Positions 37,615 to 49,335 are shown, counted from the first letter of the stretch. The stretch: 64,000 bases of DNA from an uncultured Armatimonadetes bacterium (GCA_963717145.1 OY970325.1:2528001-2592000); one strand, 5' to 3'. Notes: generated by a model not told the origin, from the sequence alone. A program made the numbers and translations.

Positions 37615-37718
37615 TGTAGTGGCCGCGCCTCTGTGCCGGCTTCACCACCTCGCTGGCCGGCACAGAGGCGCGGCCACTCCAACACAGAGCTGGCCGGCAC
37701 AAAGGCACGGCCACTACA
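37615..37718. repeat. GTAG-type REP cluster (3 units)
   Basis: tgtagtggccgcgcctctgtgccggc plus two inverted units; same family at 56822-56887. Confidence 0.85.
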
Positions 37719-37740
37719 ATAACGGAAAGGAACATCAGCT

Positions 37741-39063
37741 TTGGCCAAGAAGATCGCATTCATCGGAGCAGGGAGTTTCGGATTCACCAGAGGGCTCGTC
37801 AGGGACATCCTGACGTTCCCCGAACTCGCCGACTGCACTCTCGCGCTCATGGACATCGACAAGGAGCGCCTCGACTTCATCACCGCCGCCGTCAAGAAGA
37901 TCATCAAGGCGGGGAAGTATCCGGCGAAGGTCATCTCGACCCTCGATCGCAAGAAAGCCCTGGAAGGCGCTGACGGAGTCGTCTGCACGATCCTCCAGGG
38001 CGGCGTCGATGTCTTCGCAAGCGACATCGAGATCCCGATGAAGTACGGCGTGGACACGAACATCGGCGACACCAGGAGCGTCTCCGGCATCTTCCGCGCG
38101 CTTCGGACGATCCCTGTGATGCTCGACATCGCGAAAGACATCGCCAGGTATGCGCCCAACGCCATCTTCCTGAACTACACGAACCCGATGGCGATGCTCT
38201 GCCGCGCCATGCAGGGCGAGTACCCGCAGCTAACGATCTCCGGCCTCTGCCACAGCGTTCAGGGCACGGCGATGATGCTCGCGAACTGGATCGGCGCTCC
38301 GTATTCGGAGGTCACCTATCACTGCGCGGGGATCAACCATCAGGCGTGGTACGTCGACTTCAAGTGGAACGGCGAGGATGCGTACCCGAAGATCCGCGAG
38401 GCGGTCACAACCCGCCCGGAGGTCTACAACGAGGAACTCGTGCGCAACGAGATGTTCCTGCACCTGGGCTACTACGTGACCGAGTCGAGCGGCCACAACT
38501 CCGAGTACTGTTCCTGGTTCCGCAAGCGCCCGGACCTCATCGAGAAGTACTGCACCCACGGCACCGGCTGGAATCCCGGCGTGCACAGATACATCCTCGA
38601 CGCATACCTGAACATCGCGAGCACCTGGCGCGACAACATCAAGGCCGAGCTTGAGAAGCCGGTCAACCTGAATCGAGGCCACGAGTACGCGGCCAGCATC
38701 TTCAACGCCACATTCGGCGACGGCGCGCTCTTCGAGTTCAACGGCAACGTCCGCAACACCGGGCTGATCGACAACCTGCCTCAGGGATGCTGCGTGGAGG
38801 TGCCGGTCCTGGCGTCGAAGCGCGGGCTCGATCCGATGCACGTCGGCATGCTGCCTCCGCAGTGCGCGATCATGACGGGCCTCAGCGCCGAGATCGAGGA
38901 ACTGGCGGTCGATGGCATCATCACCGGCGACAGGGACAAGATCCGGCACGCGGTCTACTTCGATCCGCTCACTTCGGCGGTCTGCAGCCTCGATGAGATC
39001 AAGTCGATGGTCGAGGAGATGTTCGAGGCGAACAAGGAGTACTGGCGACCGTGGAGTGGATAG
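37741..39063 (+). CDS. melA: Alpha-galactosidase, GH4 family
   Basis: [53 protein letters not shown]. Confidence 0.9.
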   Translation: MAKKIAFIGAGSFGFTRGLVRDILTFPELADCTLALMDIDKERLDFITAAVKKIIKAGKYPAKVISTLDRKKALEGADGVVCTILQGGVDVFASDIEIPMKYGVDTNIGDTRSVSGIFRALRTIPVMLDIAKDIARYAPNAIFLNYTNPMAMLCRAMQGEYPQLTISGLCHSVQGTAMMLANWIGAPYSEVTYHCAGINHQAWYVDFKWNGEDAYPKIREAVTTRPEVYNEELVRNEMFLHLGYYVTESSGHNSEYCSWFRKRPDLIEKYCTHGTGWNPGVHRYILDAYLNIASTWRDNIKAELEKPVNLNRGHEYAASIFNATFGDGALFEFNGNVRNTGLIDNLPQGCCVEVPVLASKRGLDPMHVGMLPPQCAIMTGLSAEIEELAVDGIITGDRDKIRHAVYFDPLTSAVCSLDEIKSMVEEMFEANKEYWRPWSG

Positions 39064-39114
39064 GTGTTGGGTGCTAGGGAACCCCAACATCCACAAGCTT
39101 TGTAGGGCACGGGA

Positions 39115-39771
39115 GTGGATATGGCATCCGAGTACAGCTCCAGGGAAGTCCCGCCGCTGACTGAGGAGCAGATCGAGGAGTTGACCAGGATCGTCTTCCT
39201 GGATCCTGTCGAACCAGTTCGGTGCGACCTGATTCTTGTGTTCGGTGGGACGCACCCGGGCGCATGGGAGACCGCCGCGGACGCGTGGCACCAAGGCATG
39301 GGCAAGAGGGTGCTGGTCACAGGGGGCGTCGCTCGGAATCTGAAGATCCCGCACTCAACCTGGACACCGACCGAGATGCCGGGATGCTGTATCATAGCAG
39401 ATCATCTGAAGCGTCTGGGAATGCCCGAGGACAGGATTGTCTGCGATGAGAGGCCGACCAACTCGCTCGAGGAGGTTCTCTGCGCGAAGGAGATAGTGAA
39501 CTCTAACGGGATATCGAGCGTGCTGTTCGTAAGCAAGTGCTTTGCCGCAGGGCGGCAGTACCGCACGCTAAGGAAGCACTTCCCTGAACATGTCGAGCTT
39601 GTTCCATACCCTTTCGACACGAACCTCGGCGAGGGGCCGGTTGTGACTCGGGACAACTGGATGGATCGACCCGAGAGCCGCTCAGTCGTCTACTCGGAGT
39701 ATCTACGCATCCTTAGGTACGGGGCGCAGGGTGACCTCATATCACTCGACAAACCGATAGAAGGTTTGTAG
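39115..39771 (+). CDS. YdcF/DUF218 family protein
   Basis: DLILVFGG, VLVTGG, LGMPEDRIV.DE..TNSLE. Confidence 0.85.
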   Translation: MDMASEYSSREVPPLTEEQIEELTRIVFLDPVEPVRCDLILVFGGTHPGAWETAADAWHQGMGKRVLVTGGVARNLKIPHSTWTPTEMPGCCIIADHLKRLGMPEDRIVCDERPTNSLEEVLCAKEIVNSNGISSVLFVSKCFAAGRQYRTLRKHFPEHVELVPYPFDTNLGEGPVVTRDNWMDRPESRSVVYSEYLRILRYGAQGDLISLDKPIEGL

Positions 39772-39808
39772 TTTTCCTTGGCGCTCTTGGCGTCTTGGCG
39801 GTTCCACA

Positions 39809-40723
39809 ATGCATGGCGAGGTTGACCGGTTCATCGACTACATGCAGGCCGTGCGGAACGTGTCCCCGAACACGATCAAGGGATACGCGACCGACATCGC
39901 CAAGTTCATCGGCTTCCTGGAAGACGAGAGCCTGAGCACGTCGCCGAGGGACATCCACTCGCGGATCGTCAGGCGTTACCTCGCGCGACTCCAGCGCCAG
40001 GGGATGAGCAAGACGTCGATCGCCCGGAAGATGGCTTCCCTCCGGGCGTTCTTCAGGTATCTGGTGCACAAGAAGCTCATGGAGCTGGACCCGATGCTCG
40101 GCCTCAGCAGCCCGAAGCTCGACAAGCGGCTGCCCAAGTTCCTGCGCCCGGAGCAGGTCGAGGCCCTGATGCTTCGTCCAGACACCACCGAGCCGATCGG
40201 CGCGCGGGATGCCGCGATGCTGGAGGTCCTGTACGCGACCGGCTGCCGTGTGAGCGAGGTCGCCGGGATGAACGTCCGAGACATGGACCTGGGGGCAGGC
40301 GAGATCAGGGTGCTCGGCAAGGGATCGAAGGAGCGAATCACGCTCATCGGCCGTGCGGCACAGGAGGCGCTTTCGGGGTATCTACACAATGCGCGCCCGA
40401 AGCTGCTGGCCAGGCGCACGGATGGCACGAACGAGCAGGCGGCGTTCCTGAACAAGGACGGCGGACGACTGACGGTTCGCAGCATAAACCGGATGCTCGA
40501 CAAGCACTTCGGCCAGGTGAGCGACGAGCTGAAGATCAGCCCGCACGTCCTGCGGCACACATTTGCGACTCACATGCTCGAGAACGGCGCGGACCTGCGC
40601 TCGATCCAGGAGCTTCTCGGGCACACGAGTCTCTCGACGACGCAGATCTACGCGCATGTCACCCAGGAGCGGCTGAAACAAGTATACGAACAAGCACATC
40701 CGAGAGCGCTGGAGGAACGATGA
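39809..40723 (+). CDS. xerC: Tyrosine recombinase XerC
   Basis: [46 protein letters not shown]; adjacent to hslV. Confidence 0.92.
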   Translation: MHGEVDRFIDYMQAVRNVSPNTIKGYATDIAKFIGFLEDESLSTSPRDIHSRIVRRYLARLQRQGMSKTSIARKMASLRAFFRYLVHKKLMELDPMLGLSSPKLDKRLPKFLRPEQVEALMLRPDTTEPIGARDAAMLEVLYATGCRVSEVAGMNVRDMDLGAGEIRVLGKGSKERITLIGRAAQEALSGYLHNARPKLLARRTDGTNEQAAFLNKDGGRLTVRSINRMLDKHFGQVSDELKISPHVLRHTFATHMLENGADLRSIQELLGHTSLSTTQIYAHVTQERLKQVYEQAHPRALEER

Positions 40724-41250
40724 ACACACAAGCAACGACGATTGTGGCCGTCATGCACAACGGCAAGGTCGCCATGGCGGGCGACGGCCAGGTCACCATC
40801 GAGAACCAGATCATGAAGGCCGGCGCGAAGAAGGTCCGGCGCATGCACGACGGCAAGGTCCTCGCCGGGATCGCCGGATCGGTCGCCGACGCCTACACGC
40901 TCTCCGACAAGTTCGAGGCCAAGCTCGATGAGTCGCACGGCAACATCCTGCGCGCGGTCCGCGAGTTTGCGAAGGAGTGGCGCACGGATAGGATACTGAG
41001 GAGGCTCGAGGCGCTGATGATCGTTGCCGACGCCGAGCACGTGCTGGTCCTCTCCGGCAACGGTGAGGTCATCGAGCCGGACGACGGTGTCGTGGCGATC
41101 GGATCGGGCGGAGGATACGCCCTCGCGGCGGCCCGTGCCCTGATGCGTCACTCGGACCTGAGCGCCGAGCAGATCGTCGAGGAGGCTCTGCACGTCGCCG
41201 CCTCGATCTGCGTATTTACGAACGAAAACATCACAGTGGAAGCGCTTTAG
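40720..41250 (+). CDS. hslV: ATP-dependent protease peptidase subunit
   Basis: [33 protein letters not shown]. Confidence 0.97.
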   Translation: MNTQATTIVAVMHNGKVAMAGDGQVTIENQIMKAGAKKVRRMHDGKVLAGIAGSVADAYTLSDKFEAKLDESHGNILRAVREFAKEWRTDRILRRLEALMIVADAEHVLVLSGNGEVIEPDDGVVAIGSGGGYALAAARALMRHSDLSAEQIVEEALHVAASICVFTNENITVEAL

Positions 41251-41385
41251 AACACAGATGACACAGATGGGGAGGGATATGGGGAATGGTCTATGGTTGA
41301 TGGTTGATGAATTCCGTGAACCATCACTCATCACACATTTCCCATTCCATCCGTTTCATCCTCCGCCATCTGTGCAATCTGTGTT
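41251..41385. repeat. Nested inverted short-repeat arrays
   Basis: Outer aacacagatgacacagat / atctgtgcaatctgtgtt encloses inner ggggaatggt..tggttgatgg / ccatcac..tcccattcc. Confidence 0.8.
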
Positions 41386-41404
41386 CCGTTTCTAAGAGGT
41401 AACC

Positions 41405-42892
41405 ATGGAAGATCTTACTCCGAAGCAGATCGTCGAAGAACTCGACAAGTACATCATCGGCCAGGACAAGGCCAAGCGCGCGGTGGCGATCGCCCTCCGA
41501 AACCGGTACCGCAGGCGTCTGGTCAGCGAGGACATGCGCGAGGAGGTCATCCCGAAGAACATCCTCATGATCGGCCCGACCGGCGTCGGCAAGACCGAGA
41601 TCGCCCGCCGACTCGCACAGATCGCCCGCGCCCCGTTCGTCAAGGTCGAGGCCACCAAGTTCACCGAGGTCGGCTACGTCGGCCGCGATGTCGACTCGAT
41701 GGTCCGCGATCTCGTCCAGCTCGCGGTCCGAATGCTCGAGAACGAGAAGATCGACGAGGTCCGCGACCGCGCCCGTGAGTTGGCGGTCGAGCGGATCCTT
41801 GACATCCTCGAGCCGATGCCCTCGCACGAGGAGCATCAGCAGCCGCCCAAGGAGTTCGAGGCTGCGAGCCAGTTCCTCGGGCAGCTTTTCGGCGGACGGC
41901 TGCCCGGGCAGGTCGAGCCGCCGCCCGAGCCCGAGCCTGTCGTCGAGGACGAGCACGAGGCCGTTGACAGGGATGCCATCGAGCGCGAGCAGAGGATGCG
42001 CAAGGAGCGGATTCGCGCCAAGCTCCGAAAGCAGATCGAGGAGGGCCTGATCGACGACCAGCGGATCGAGATCGAGGTGGAGGAGGCCGGCGGCACTCCG
42101 TTCATGCAGGTGTTCAGCGGCCAGGGCATGGAGGAGATGGGCATGGACATGCCGGGCATGCTCGGCCCGATGATGCGCCGGCGGAAGACCAAATCGGTCA
42201 CCATCGGCGAGGCGAAGGAGGTCCTGGCGCAGGAAGAGGCCGGGAAGCTCATCGATCACGACCAGGTCATCCGCGAGGCGATCGATCGCGCCGAGCAGAC
42301 CGGCATCATCTTCGTCGACGAGCTGGACAAGATCGCCGGGCGCGAGAAGGGCGGCGACGGCGGCGGCCCTCAGGTCTCGCGCGAGGGCGTCCAGCGCGAC
42401 ATCCTGCCGATCATCGAGGGCTCGACCGTCGTCACCAAGTACGGCCCGGTCCGCACGAACCACATCCTGTTCATCGCGGCCGGCGCGTTCCACGTCAGCA
42501 AGCCGTCGGACCTCATCCCGGAGCTTCAGGGCCGCCTGCCGATCCGCGTCGAACTCGACAGCCTGAACGGAGCCGATTTCAAGCGCATCCTGACCGAGCC
42601 GAAGAACGCGCTCATCAAGCAGTACGTCGCGCTGCTGGCGACCGAAGGCGTGACGGTCGAGTTCACCGATGACGCGATCGACGAAATCGCGCGGATCGCC
42701 GAGGAGGTCAACTCGCAGATGGAGAACATCGGCGCGCGGCGGCTTCACACGGTCATGGAGCGCCTGCTCGAAGAACTCTCGTTCGAGGCCCCGGACCTCG
42801 CCGGCCAGGAGGTCACCATCGACGCCGCCTACGTCCGCGATAAGCTGGGGGACATCGTCAAGAACGAGGACCTGAGCAAGTATATCCTATAA
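41405..42892 (+). CDS. hslU: ATP-dependent protease ATPase subunit
   Basis: [55 protein letters not shown]. Confidence 0.97.
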   Translation: MEDLTPKQIVEELDKYIIGQDKAKRAVAIALRNRYRRRLVSEDMREEVIPKNILMIGPTGVGKTEIARRLAQIARAPFVKVEATKFTEVGYVGRDVDSMVRDLVQLAVRMLENEKIDEVRDRARELAVERILDILEPMPSHEEHQQPPKEFEAASQFLGQLFGGRLPGQVEPPPEPEPVVEDEHEAVDRDAIEREQRMRKERIRAKLRKQIEEGLIDDQRIEIEVEEAGGTPFMQVFSGQGMEEMGMDMPGMLGPMMRRRKTKSVTIGEAKEVLAQEEAGKLIDHDQVIREAIDRAEQTGIIFVDELDKIAGREKGGDGGGPQVSREGVQRDILPIIEGSTVVTKYGPVRTNHILFIAAGAFHVSKPSDLIPELQGRLPIRVELDSLNGADFKRILTEPKNALIKQYVALLATEGVTVEFTDDAIDEIARIAEEVNSQMENIGARRLHTVMERLLEELSFEAPDLAGQEVTIDAAYVRDKLGDIVKNEDLSKYIL

Positions 42893-42986
42893 CTCATACT
42901 CGTACTCATACTCGTGCTCTCTCGTCGTTTGCGGCCGATCACCGAAAAACCGGTATATTTACCAGTCCACTTCCCATCCGAAATGG

Positions 42987-43015
42987 TTGACGAGATAGCA
43001 TTTAGTTGTTATACT
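42987..43015 (+). promoter_or_regulatory. Putative sigma70 promoter for the fibre/surface protein cluster
   Basis: TTGACG-N17-TATACT. Confidence 0.6.
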
Positions 43016-43110
43016 TTTCGAGGGTAGATCGCTTTGACAGCAACACACGCCCTCGATCTTCCTGCTTCATGCACCACCGCACCACCGATTGTACAAGGAG
43101 GATTCCCGCT

Positions 43111-44130
43111 ATGCGTAAGACCAGACTGCTGACTCTCGCCGTCATCGTCCTGCTCGCCCTGAGTGCTTTGGCGAGCGCGTCTGTCCCGCCGATGATCAAC
43201 TACCAGGGCAAGCTGATGAAACCCGATGGCACACCGGTGGCCGATGGCACGTACAGCATTACCTTCACAATCTACGACGCCGAAACGGGCGGGAACATCC
43301 GCTGGTCTGAACCCAATGTCTCGGTTCAGGCCAAGGGCGGCCTGTTTGCCGTGCTATTGGGTGGCAATGGCACCAATCTACCCGCGAACATTTTTGAAGG
43401 CCCGGATCGCTGGTTCGGAATACAGGTAAATGACGACCCCGAGATGATTCCGAGACAGAGAATAGCCAGTGTTGCATATGCTCAGGTGGCTGAAATCGTC
43501 CCTGATGGCTCGATCACTGCGGAGAAGCTAGCGAATCAAAGCATTACCGCGGAGAAGCTTGTTCCCGGTGCTGCCACCCCTACCGGCACGATCTCGATGT
43601 TTGCCGGGGCAACTCCTCCGGCCGGCTGGCTGATCTGCAATGGCGCGCCAGTGTCGAGAGCGGAATATGCCGGCCTGTTTGCTGTGATTGGCACGACCTA
43701 TGGTGCTGGTGATGGTTCTACAGCTTTCAACCTGCCGAATCTGCAGGGTAGGTTCCCGCTTGGCAAGAGCCCCACGCAGCCGCTTGGCACGCTGGGTGGC
43801 ACTGCTACCATCAGTCTTCAGCACACCCATGCGACACTGGATCACATGCTAACATGGAATGAGATGCCAGCTCACAATCACGGGGTGAATGATCCCGGGC
43901 ATGCACACCCGATTGGTGCCATGGGCAACAAGAATTTCACGGGTACTGGCTACAATCCTCTCGTTACTGACAATAAACAGGATTGGACCGGAGGGGCTGT
44001 GACCGGCATTAGCATTCAGAACGCTGGCGCGAACTGGGGACACAATCACGGCAGCACCGGCAACGGTCTGTCCACTTCTCAGGACATAACGAATCCCTAC
44101 GTTGCCGTCAACTACATCATAAGAATTTAG
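43111..44130 (+). CDS. Secreted protein with N-terminal NYQGKL domain and phage tail-collar domain
   Basis: RBS AAGGAGG; signal peptide; VPPMINYQGKL; ITAEKL repeats; collar motif GTISMFAG...PAGWLICNG..VSR.EY..LF..IGTTYG.GDGST.FNLPNLQGRFP; PYVAVNYIIR. Confidence 0.88.
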   Translation: MRKTRLLTLAVIVLLALSALASASVPPMINYQGKLMKPDGTPVADGTYSITFTIYDAETGGNIRWSEPNVSVQAKGGLFAVLLGGNGTNLPANIFEGPDRWFGIQVNDDPEMIPRQRIASVAYAQVAEIVPDGSITAEKLANQSITAEKLVPGAATPTGTISMFAGATPPAGWLICNGAPVSRAEYAGLFAVIGTTYGAGDGSTAFNLPNLQGRFPLGKSPTQPLGTLGGTATISLQHTHATLDHMLTWNEMPAHNHGVNDPGHAHPIGAMGNKNFTGTGYNPLVTDNKQDWTGGAVTGISIQNAGANWGHNHGSTGNGLSTSQDITNPYVAVNYIIRI

Positions 44131-44148
44131 CTAGGCTGGAGGAGCGAT

Positions 44149-45000
44149 ATGCTGAACATGAAGATTACACTGGTTACTGTTTTGGCATTGCTTGCGAGCA
44201 TTGCTGTCACGACGGCCGCAGTGCCACCGATGATCAACTATCAGGGCAAGCTGATGCAGCCGTCCGGTGTTCCCGTACCGGACGGAGAGTACAAGATGAC
44301 GTTTGCCATCTACGGGCAACCGGCCGGCAGCACGGCGCTCTGGTCGGAGGTGAATGAGCATGTCCAGATCAAGGGCGGATTGTACAGTGTCCTGCTCGGC
44401 AGTGTGATCAACCTACCTGCGAACATCTTCGATTCCTCCGACCGCTTCTTCGGCGTCAAGATCGGAGACGATCCCGAGATGACTCCGAGGCAGCAAGTCG
44501 CCTCGACTGCCTTTGCATTCCGGGCTGCATCCAGCCAGACGGTGGACGATGGAGCAGTAACGACGGCCAAGATCGCCCCCGGAGCGGTGACTGCGGATAG
44601 GCTCGCCCTGGGAGTAGCGATTCCGCCAGGAACGATCCTAATGTGGTCCGGTGCCGTAGACCAGGTTCCGCACGGCTGGGCGCTGTGCAATGGGACAGGT
44701 GGTACTCCTGATCTCAGAGACAGGTTCATCGTCGGGGCAGGAAACGAATACCTGCTGGGTGCTATCGGTGGTGAGAAGTTCCATCAATTGACGGTGGCTG
44801 AGATGGCAAGACACGCTCATTGGGAGCTGGCTTCCACTGTGAGCGGCTATGGGGGGGGTGATGGCACAGTCTCTGGTGCAGGCTTTGATTCTGGTAGCCA
44901 TTGGGCTGGTTATTCCACTGATAGTACTGGGGGCGACCAACCGCACGAGAACCGTCCGCCATACTACGCGCTCTGCTTCATCATGAAGCTGGGCTATTGA
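44149..45000 (+). CDS. Second secreted NYQGKL-domain protein with tail-collar-like C-terminus
   Basis: Signal peptide; VPPMINYQGKL; VTTAKIA; GTILMWSG....P.GWALCNG..GTPDLRDRFIVGAG; HENRPPYYALCFIMK. Confidence 0.88.
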   Translation: MLNMKITLVTVLALLASIAVTTAAVPPMINYQGKLMQPSGVPVPDGEYKMTFAIYGQPAGSTALWSEVNEHVQIKGGLYSVLLGSVINLPANIFDSSDRFFGVKIGDDPEMTPRQQVASTAFAFRAASSQTVDDGAVTTAKIAPGAVTADRLALGVAIPPGTILMWSGAVDQVPHGWALCNGTGGTPDLRDRFIVGAGNEYLLGAIGGEKFHQLTVAEMARHAHWELASTVSGYGGGDGTVSGAGFDSGSHWAGYSTDSTGGDQPHENRPPYYALCFIMKLGY

Positions 45001-45012
45001 GGAGAAGAAGTC

Positions 45013-47689
45013 ATGCGATTCCGAGACCGTATCCCAACACTGATCTGCCTCGCACTGATGGCTTCGGTCGCACCGGGGTATGCGGATACCACGTTAGAAG
45101 GTCCGTACTCTGCCAGTGCTGGACTCACGGCCTACACAACTGACACGGGTGGCAGCGTTTACTGGAACCCGAACAACTCGCCAACAGGTCAGTGCGTTTG
45201 GTTCGTCTTGGCCGTCAGGTCGGATTCCAGCAGTTTCCCACACGGTCTCTCTTACGCGAAGCAGCTCTACCCAGACCTTTGTAAGTGCTGGGTGGCACGT
45301 CGGTGGGACTCCAAAAGTCGGCGCAGTAATGTGCTATGGTTCCGCATACTCCAGTTCGGGCCATGTGGCCATTGTCACGGGCATCAATGGAGACGGCACC
45401 ATAAACGTTTGGGATTCAAACGTCATGGGCGACCTCAAAGTCCGTAAGCGTCGAGTAACAAATTTCACTGCTTGCAGGGGTACGTATACGCAAAGAACTC
45501 AGATACACCTCCAATATTGCAGGATCAGGATACCCAGTGCCCCTCCATATCTTTGACGCCAGACCGACACTGGTGGCTGGTATACGTCGCCCCAGTCCGT
45601 CTGCTGGAGCGCATCCGATCCGTGCGGTATCGCGCACACGAAAGTGTGGTGGGACGGCAATGCGGCCTCGGATGTTGGATCGAGCGGTTGCTGGTCGATG
45701 CCGGAGGGAATCCACGTTTTCAACGCACACGCGGCAGACAATTGCGGAAATGACTCAGGGTGCAGTGTGGCCAGGACATACCGGCTCGATACCCGTGATC
45801 CATCGATTGATCGCACTGGACCCAATACGGACCAGTGGTACGTCAGCCCTCAGAATGTATGCTGGCAGATCACCGATGCTGTGTCCGGTCTATCTGCCGC
45901 TCACGTGTGGTGGGAGGGCGGCTCCGATGTCTCAACCTCAGCACAGGGATGCACACCGCTACTGGAGGGCAGACGTCTACTGCACATCTGGGGACAGGAT
46001 GCCGCCGGGCGGACGAAGGAGATAACAGGCTGGTTCCAACTGGATGCAACACGTCCATCCATCACTGTCTCTGGTCCTGTTGTCTCAGCTTGGCTCAACA
46101 CCCCGCAGTCCGTCAGCTGGAACGCGACGGACGTAACATCCGGCATCGCCACGAAGACCCTGACTTGGGATAACGGTGCTTCTACCGGAACATCGCCCGT
46201 CCAGATACCCGAGGGCAGGCACACGGCGACGGTATCAGCGACTGACGCCGCAGGGAACTCCGCTTCCCAGAGCTTCGGTCCCTGGTGGATCGATACCGTC
46301 GCTCCATCGGTTGCCGTCACGATGAACCCGGCGGGACCGAACGGGGACAACGGATGGTACACCGTCGAGCCGATGATGTCTGTCTCGGCGACCGATCCGA
46401 ACGGCGCGGACGGCTCGGGGGTCGATGACCTCTTCTATATCATCAATGGCAGGGAGTATCCATACACCGGCCCCGTGACGATCATCGGTGACGGAGTCCA
46501 TCCGTGCGCAGGCAGAGCGACCGATGTTGCCGGGAATTCCGACCAGTCGGGCATCGAGGTCAATATCGACACCACCGCCCCGATGTTCGGCTCCATAGCA
46601 ACCGACACGGTATCCATGAGCCTGACCACGCTCTCTGCCTCGTGGGTGTGCAGTGAACCCACGTCCGGAATCGCCGCGTATGAGTACTCGCTCTACCACG
46701 TTGTTGGGAATTCCCATGAACTCGTGCGCGGTCTGTGTATCACCGATCAGGCCTGGGCACATGAGACGAACCTTGGACTCACGAGCGGTCAGTTCTACTT
46801 CTTCCGCGTCCGTGCGGTGAACAACGCCGGGTTATGGAGCGATTACATGGACTCCGATCCAATCCTCGCGCTCGAAGGCACGAGAGATGTCTCGCCTTCG
46901 TTCAACTCGGGTGGAGTGAGCGTTCCTGAGGAGGCCCGGAGCTCCACCAACTACAAGCTGGTCGATTCCATCGGCCTGTTCGTGGTGAACTCCTCATCGA
47001 GCCCGAACTACATGATAGAACACGGCTACTGGCACTCGGATGTGGCAGTGATAGATGCTACCTCAGTCCATGATGCCAAGTGCATGAACAACGGCATCGA
47101 CGTCACCCTGGGTCTGTCCGGGAGTCCGGTCGTCGTGACCTATCCCCTCGTCTTTGGGAACAGGTTCTACGTGCAGCAGCCGGATAGATCGAGCGGGATT
47201 GCTGTGGAGATTGCGTCGAACCCATCTACGATTCCGATGGGTGGTGACCGAGTACGCATCAGTGGCAGGCTCGGAGTCAGTGACGGCGAGCGCGTGATAC
47301 GCAATGCCGCAGTGACCTTGATCTCGCACGGGGACCTGCCCGGTGCGCTCTTCGTCAGCAACCGCTGGCTCGGCGGGCGTGACCTGAATGAGTGGACTCC
47401 CGGCGTGAGCGGGGTGTTCGGCCTGCACAACATCGGGCTGCTCATCAAGACCAGCGGCAAGATCGGCCAGGTCGATCCCGGCGGAGCATACTTCTATATC
47501 GACGACGGCTCGAACTTGCAGGATCGCACGATGACCGGTAGCCTAACCAACATCGGCGTGAGAGTCCTCGGCGACGGAAGGGGATACGGACCCGACACGT
47601 TCGTGACGGTCACCGGGATCAGTTCGTGCTTCAGCGATGGCGGTTCGGTCAAGAGGCTGATCCGGCCCGTGACTATCGAAGAGCTATAG
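45013..47689 (+). CDS. Large secreted protein: CHAP domain + Ig-like repeats + C-terminal surface region; three apparent frameshifts in 45278-45570
   Basis: Signal peptide; GQCVWFV ... GHVAIV ... VWDSN spread over ORFs 45013/45116/45472; DxxxP...ATDxAGN Ig-like repeats; [11 protein letters not shown]3-like; C-terminal [11 protein letters not shown] / GLHNIGLL / FYIDDGS. Confidence 0.7.
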
Positions 47690-49246
47690 ACCGGCATGCA
47701 GCGATTGCCTCGAGAGCCGTTCGGACCTGGGCGGCCTGGCGGTCGCGCTTGCTTCGGATGCGCTGCTCGGGCTTCGGGAGGATGCCGAAGTTCGCGTTCA
47801 TCGGCTGGAAGTCGGTGGTCTGCGGGGACGAAATGTAGTCCGCGAGCGCGCCGATCATCGTCTCGCGCGGGAAGACGACCGGCTCCTCGCCGCTGACTAG
47901 ACGCGCCGCATTGATCCCGGCGACGATCCCCATCGCCGCCGATTCCACGTATCCCTCAACGCCCGTGATCTGGCCGGCGAAAAAGAGGGTGTTGGGTGTG
48001 GGGTGTTGGGTGTTGGGGGAACCGAACCCTCACCCCGACCCTCTCCCTCAGAGGGAGAGGGGGCTCTCATCCGCATCGTCGGCAGGAGGAGCTTCGGCGA
48101 CTCGATGTAGGTGTTACGATGCATGACCCCGTACCGCACGAACTCCGCGCGCTCGAGGCCGGGGATCATGCGGAAAACGCGCTCCTGCTCGCCCCACTTA
48201 AGCCGTGTCTGGAATCCGACGAGCCCCCACAGAGTGCCCTCCCGGTTCTCCTGTCGAAGCTGGACGACGGCGTATGGGCGCTTCGCCGTATGACCCTCAC
48301 CCCAACCCTCTCCCTCAGAGGGCGAGGGGGTACGTTGGTTGGCTGCAGAGGGAGAGGCAGCATGTGCCCGATCCTCCCCTTGCCCCCTCAAGCGTTGGGG
48401 ATGGAGTTGGACTCCATCGCCCGCCGAACATGAGGGGATGGAGTCCAACTCCATCCCCAACGCTTGAGGGGGACTCTCCGGCAGATCGAGACCCACAGGT
48501 TTCAGCGGACCGAATGCGAGCGTCTGGCGTCCCCTCGATGCGATCTCCTCGACCGGCATGCATCCCTCGAAGAGCTGGAGCGGCTCGACGGCGCTCGTCG
48601 GCATTCGTTCGGCTGCCATCAAGGCATCGTAGAACGCGTTGTACTGGTCCTCCGTCATCGGGCAGTTGAGGTAGTCGGCGTCACCCTTTCCATACCGCGA
48701 GGCGCGGAATGCGATGCCGCAGTCGATCGAGTCCGCGGTGATGGTCGGCGCGACGGCATCGTAGAAATAGAGGTAGTCCCGCCCGGTGAGCCGAGCGATC
48801 TCCCGGGCAAGAGCATCGGAGGTCAGCGGCCCGGATGCGATGATGACGACCCCTTCGGACGGAAGCTCAGTCACCTCCCCGCGGATGATCTCCACGTTCG
48901 GCAGCGATGAGAGCCGCTCGGTCACGCATTCGGCGTATCGCTCCCCATCGACCGCCAGCGCCTGACCCGCTGGTAGCCGGTGTTCCTCGGCACACTCGAT
49001 CACGAGCGAGCCGAGGATGCGCATCTCCGCCTTGAGGAGTCCGGAAGCGCTGGTGAGGAGATCGGACTTCAGCGAGTTGCTGCACACGAGTTCGGCGAGG
49101 AGGCCCGTGCGGTGCACGGGCGTCTGCTTCGTCGGGCGCATCTCATAGAGTCGCACGGACATGCCGGATCGGGCCGCATGCCAGGCAGCCTCGACTCCTG
49201 CCAATCCGCATCCGATGATCGAGATGGCCGATGGACGATGGTTCAT
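47673..49246 (-). CDS. trmFO: tRNA (uracil-54) methyltransferase TrmFO, with repeat insertions and a frameshift near 48000
   Basis: [65 protein letters not shown] and FQPMNANFG in the shifted frame. Confidence 0.9.
48383..48472. repeat. REPIN-like palindrome inside trmFO
   Basis: 36-bp perfect inverted arms at 48383-48418 and 48437-48472, core ggagttggactcc. Confidence 0.9.
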
Positions 49247-49281
49247 GATGCAGCATTGTACCGCAATCAGGTACATGCACA

Positions 49282-49313
49282 CAAAGGGCCCCGGGGTAGC
49301 CCGGGGCCCTTTG
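49282..49313. terminator. Putative intrinsic terminator after the PEP-CTERM genes
   Basis: caaagggccccggg-gtag-cccggggccctttg perfect hairpin. Confidence 0.65.
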
Positions 49314-49335
49314 CGCGAAGATGCCCGATCGGGGA

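Noticed and set aside
37615-37718. Repeat clusters as a possible CRISPR array
   Set aside because: Only 2-3 units, partly inverted, without regular unique spacers; no cas genes; REP-like instead
39809-40723. Tyrosine recombinase as a phage or island integrase
   Set aside because: XerC-like motifs and coupling to hslVU indicate the chromosomal resolvase; no att sites seen
43111-45000. Prophage suggested by tail-collar domains
   Set aside because: No capsid, terminase, baseplate or integrase genes; the proteins carry signal peptides
43111-47689. Diversity-generating retroelement acting on the fibre tips
   Set aside because: No reverse transcriptase and no template/variable repeat pair seen in the window
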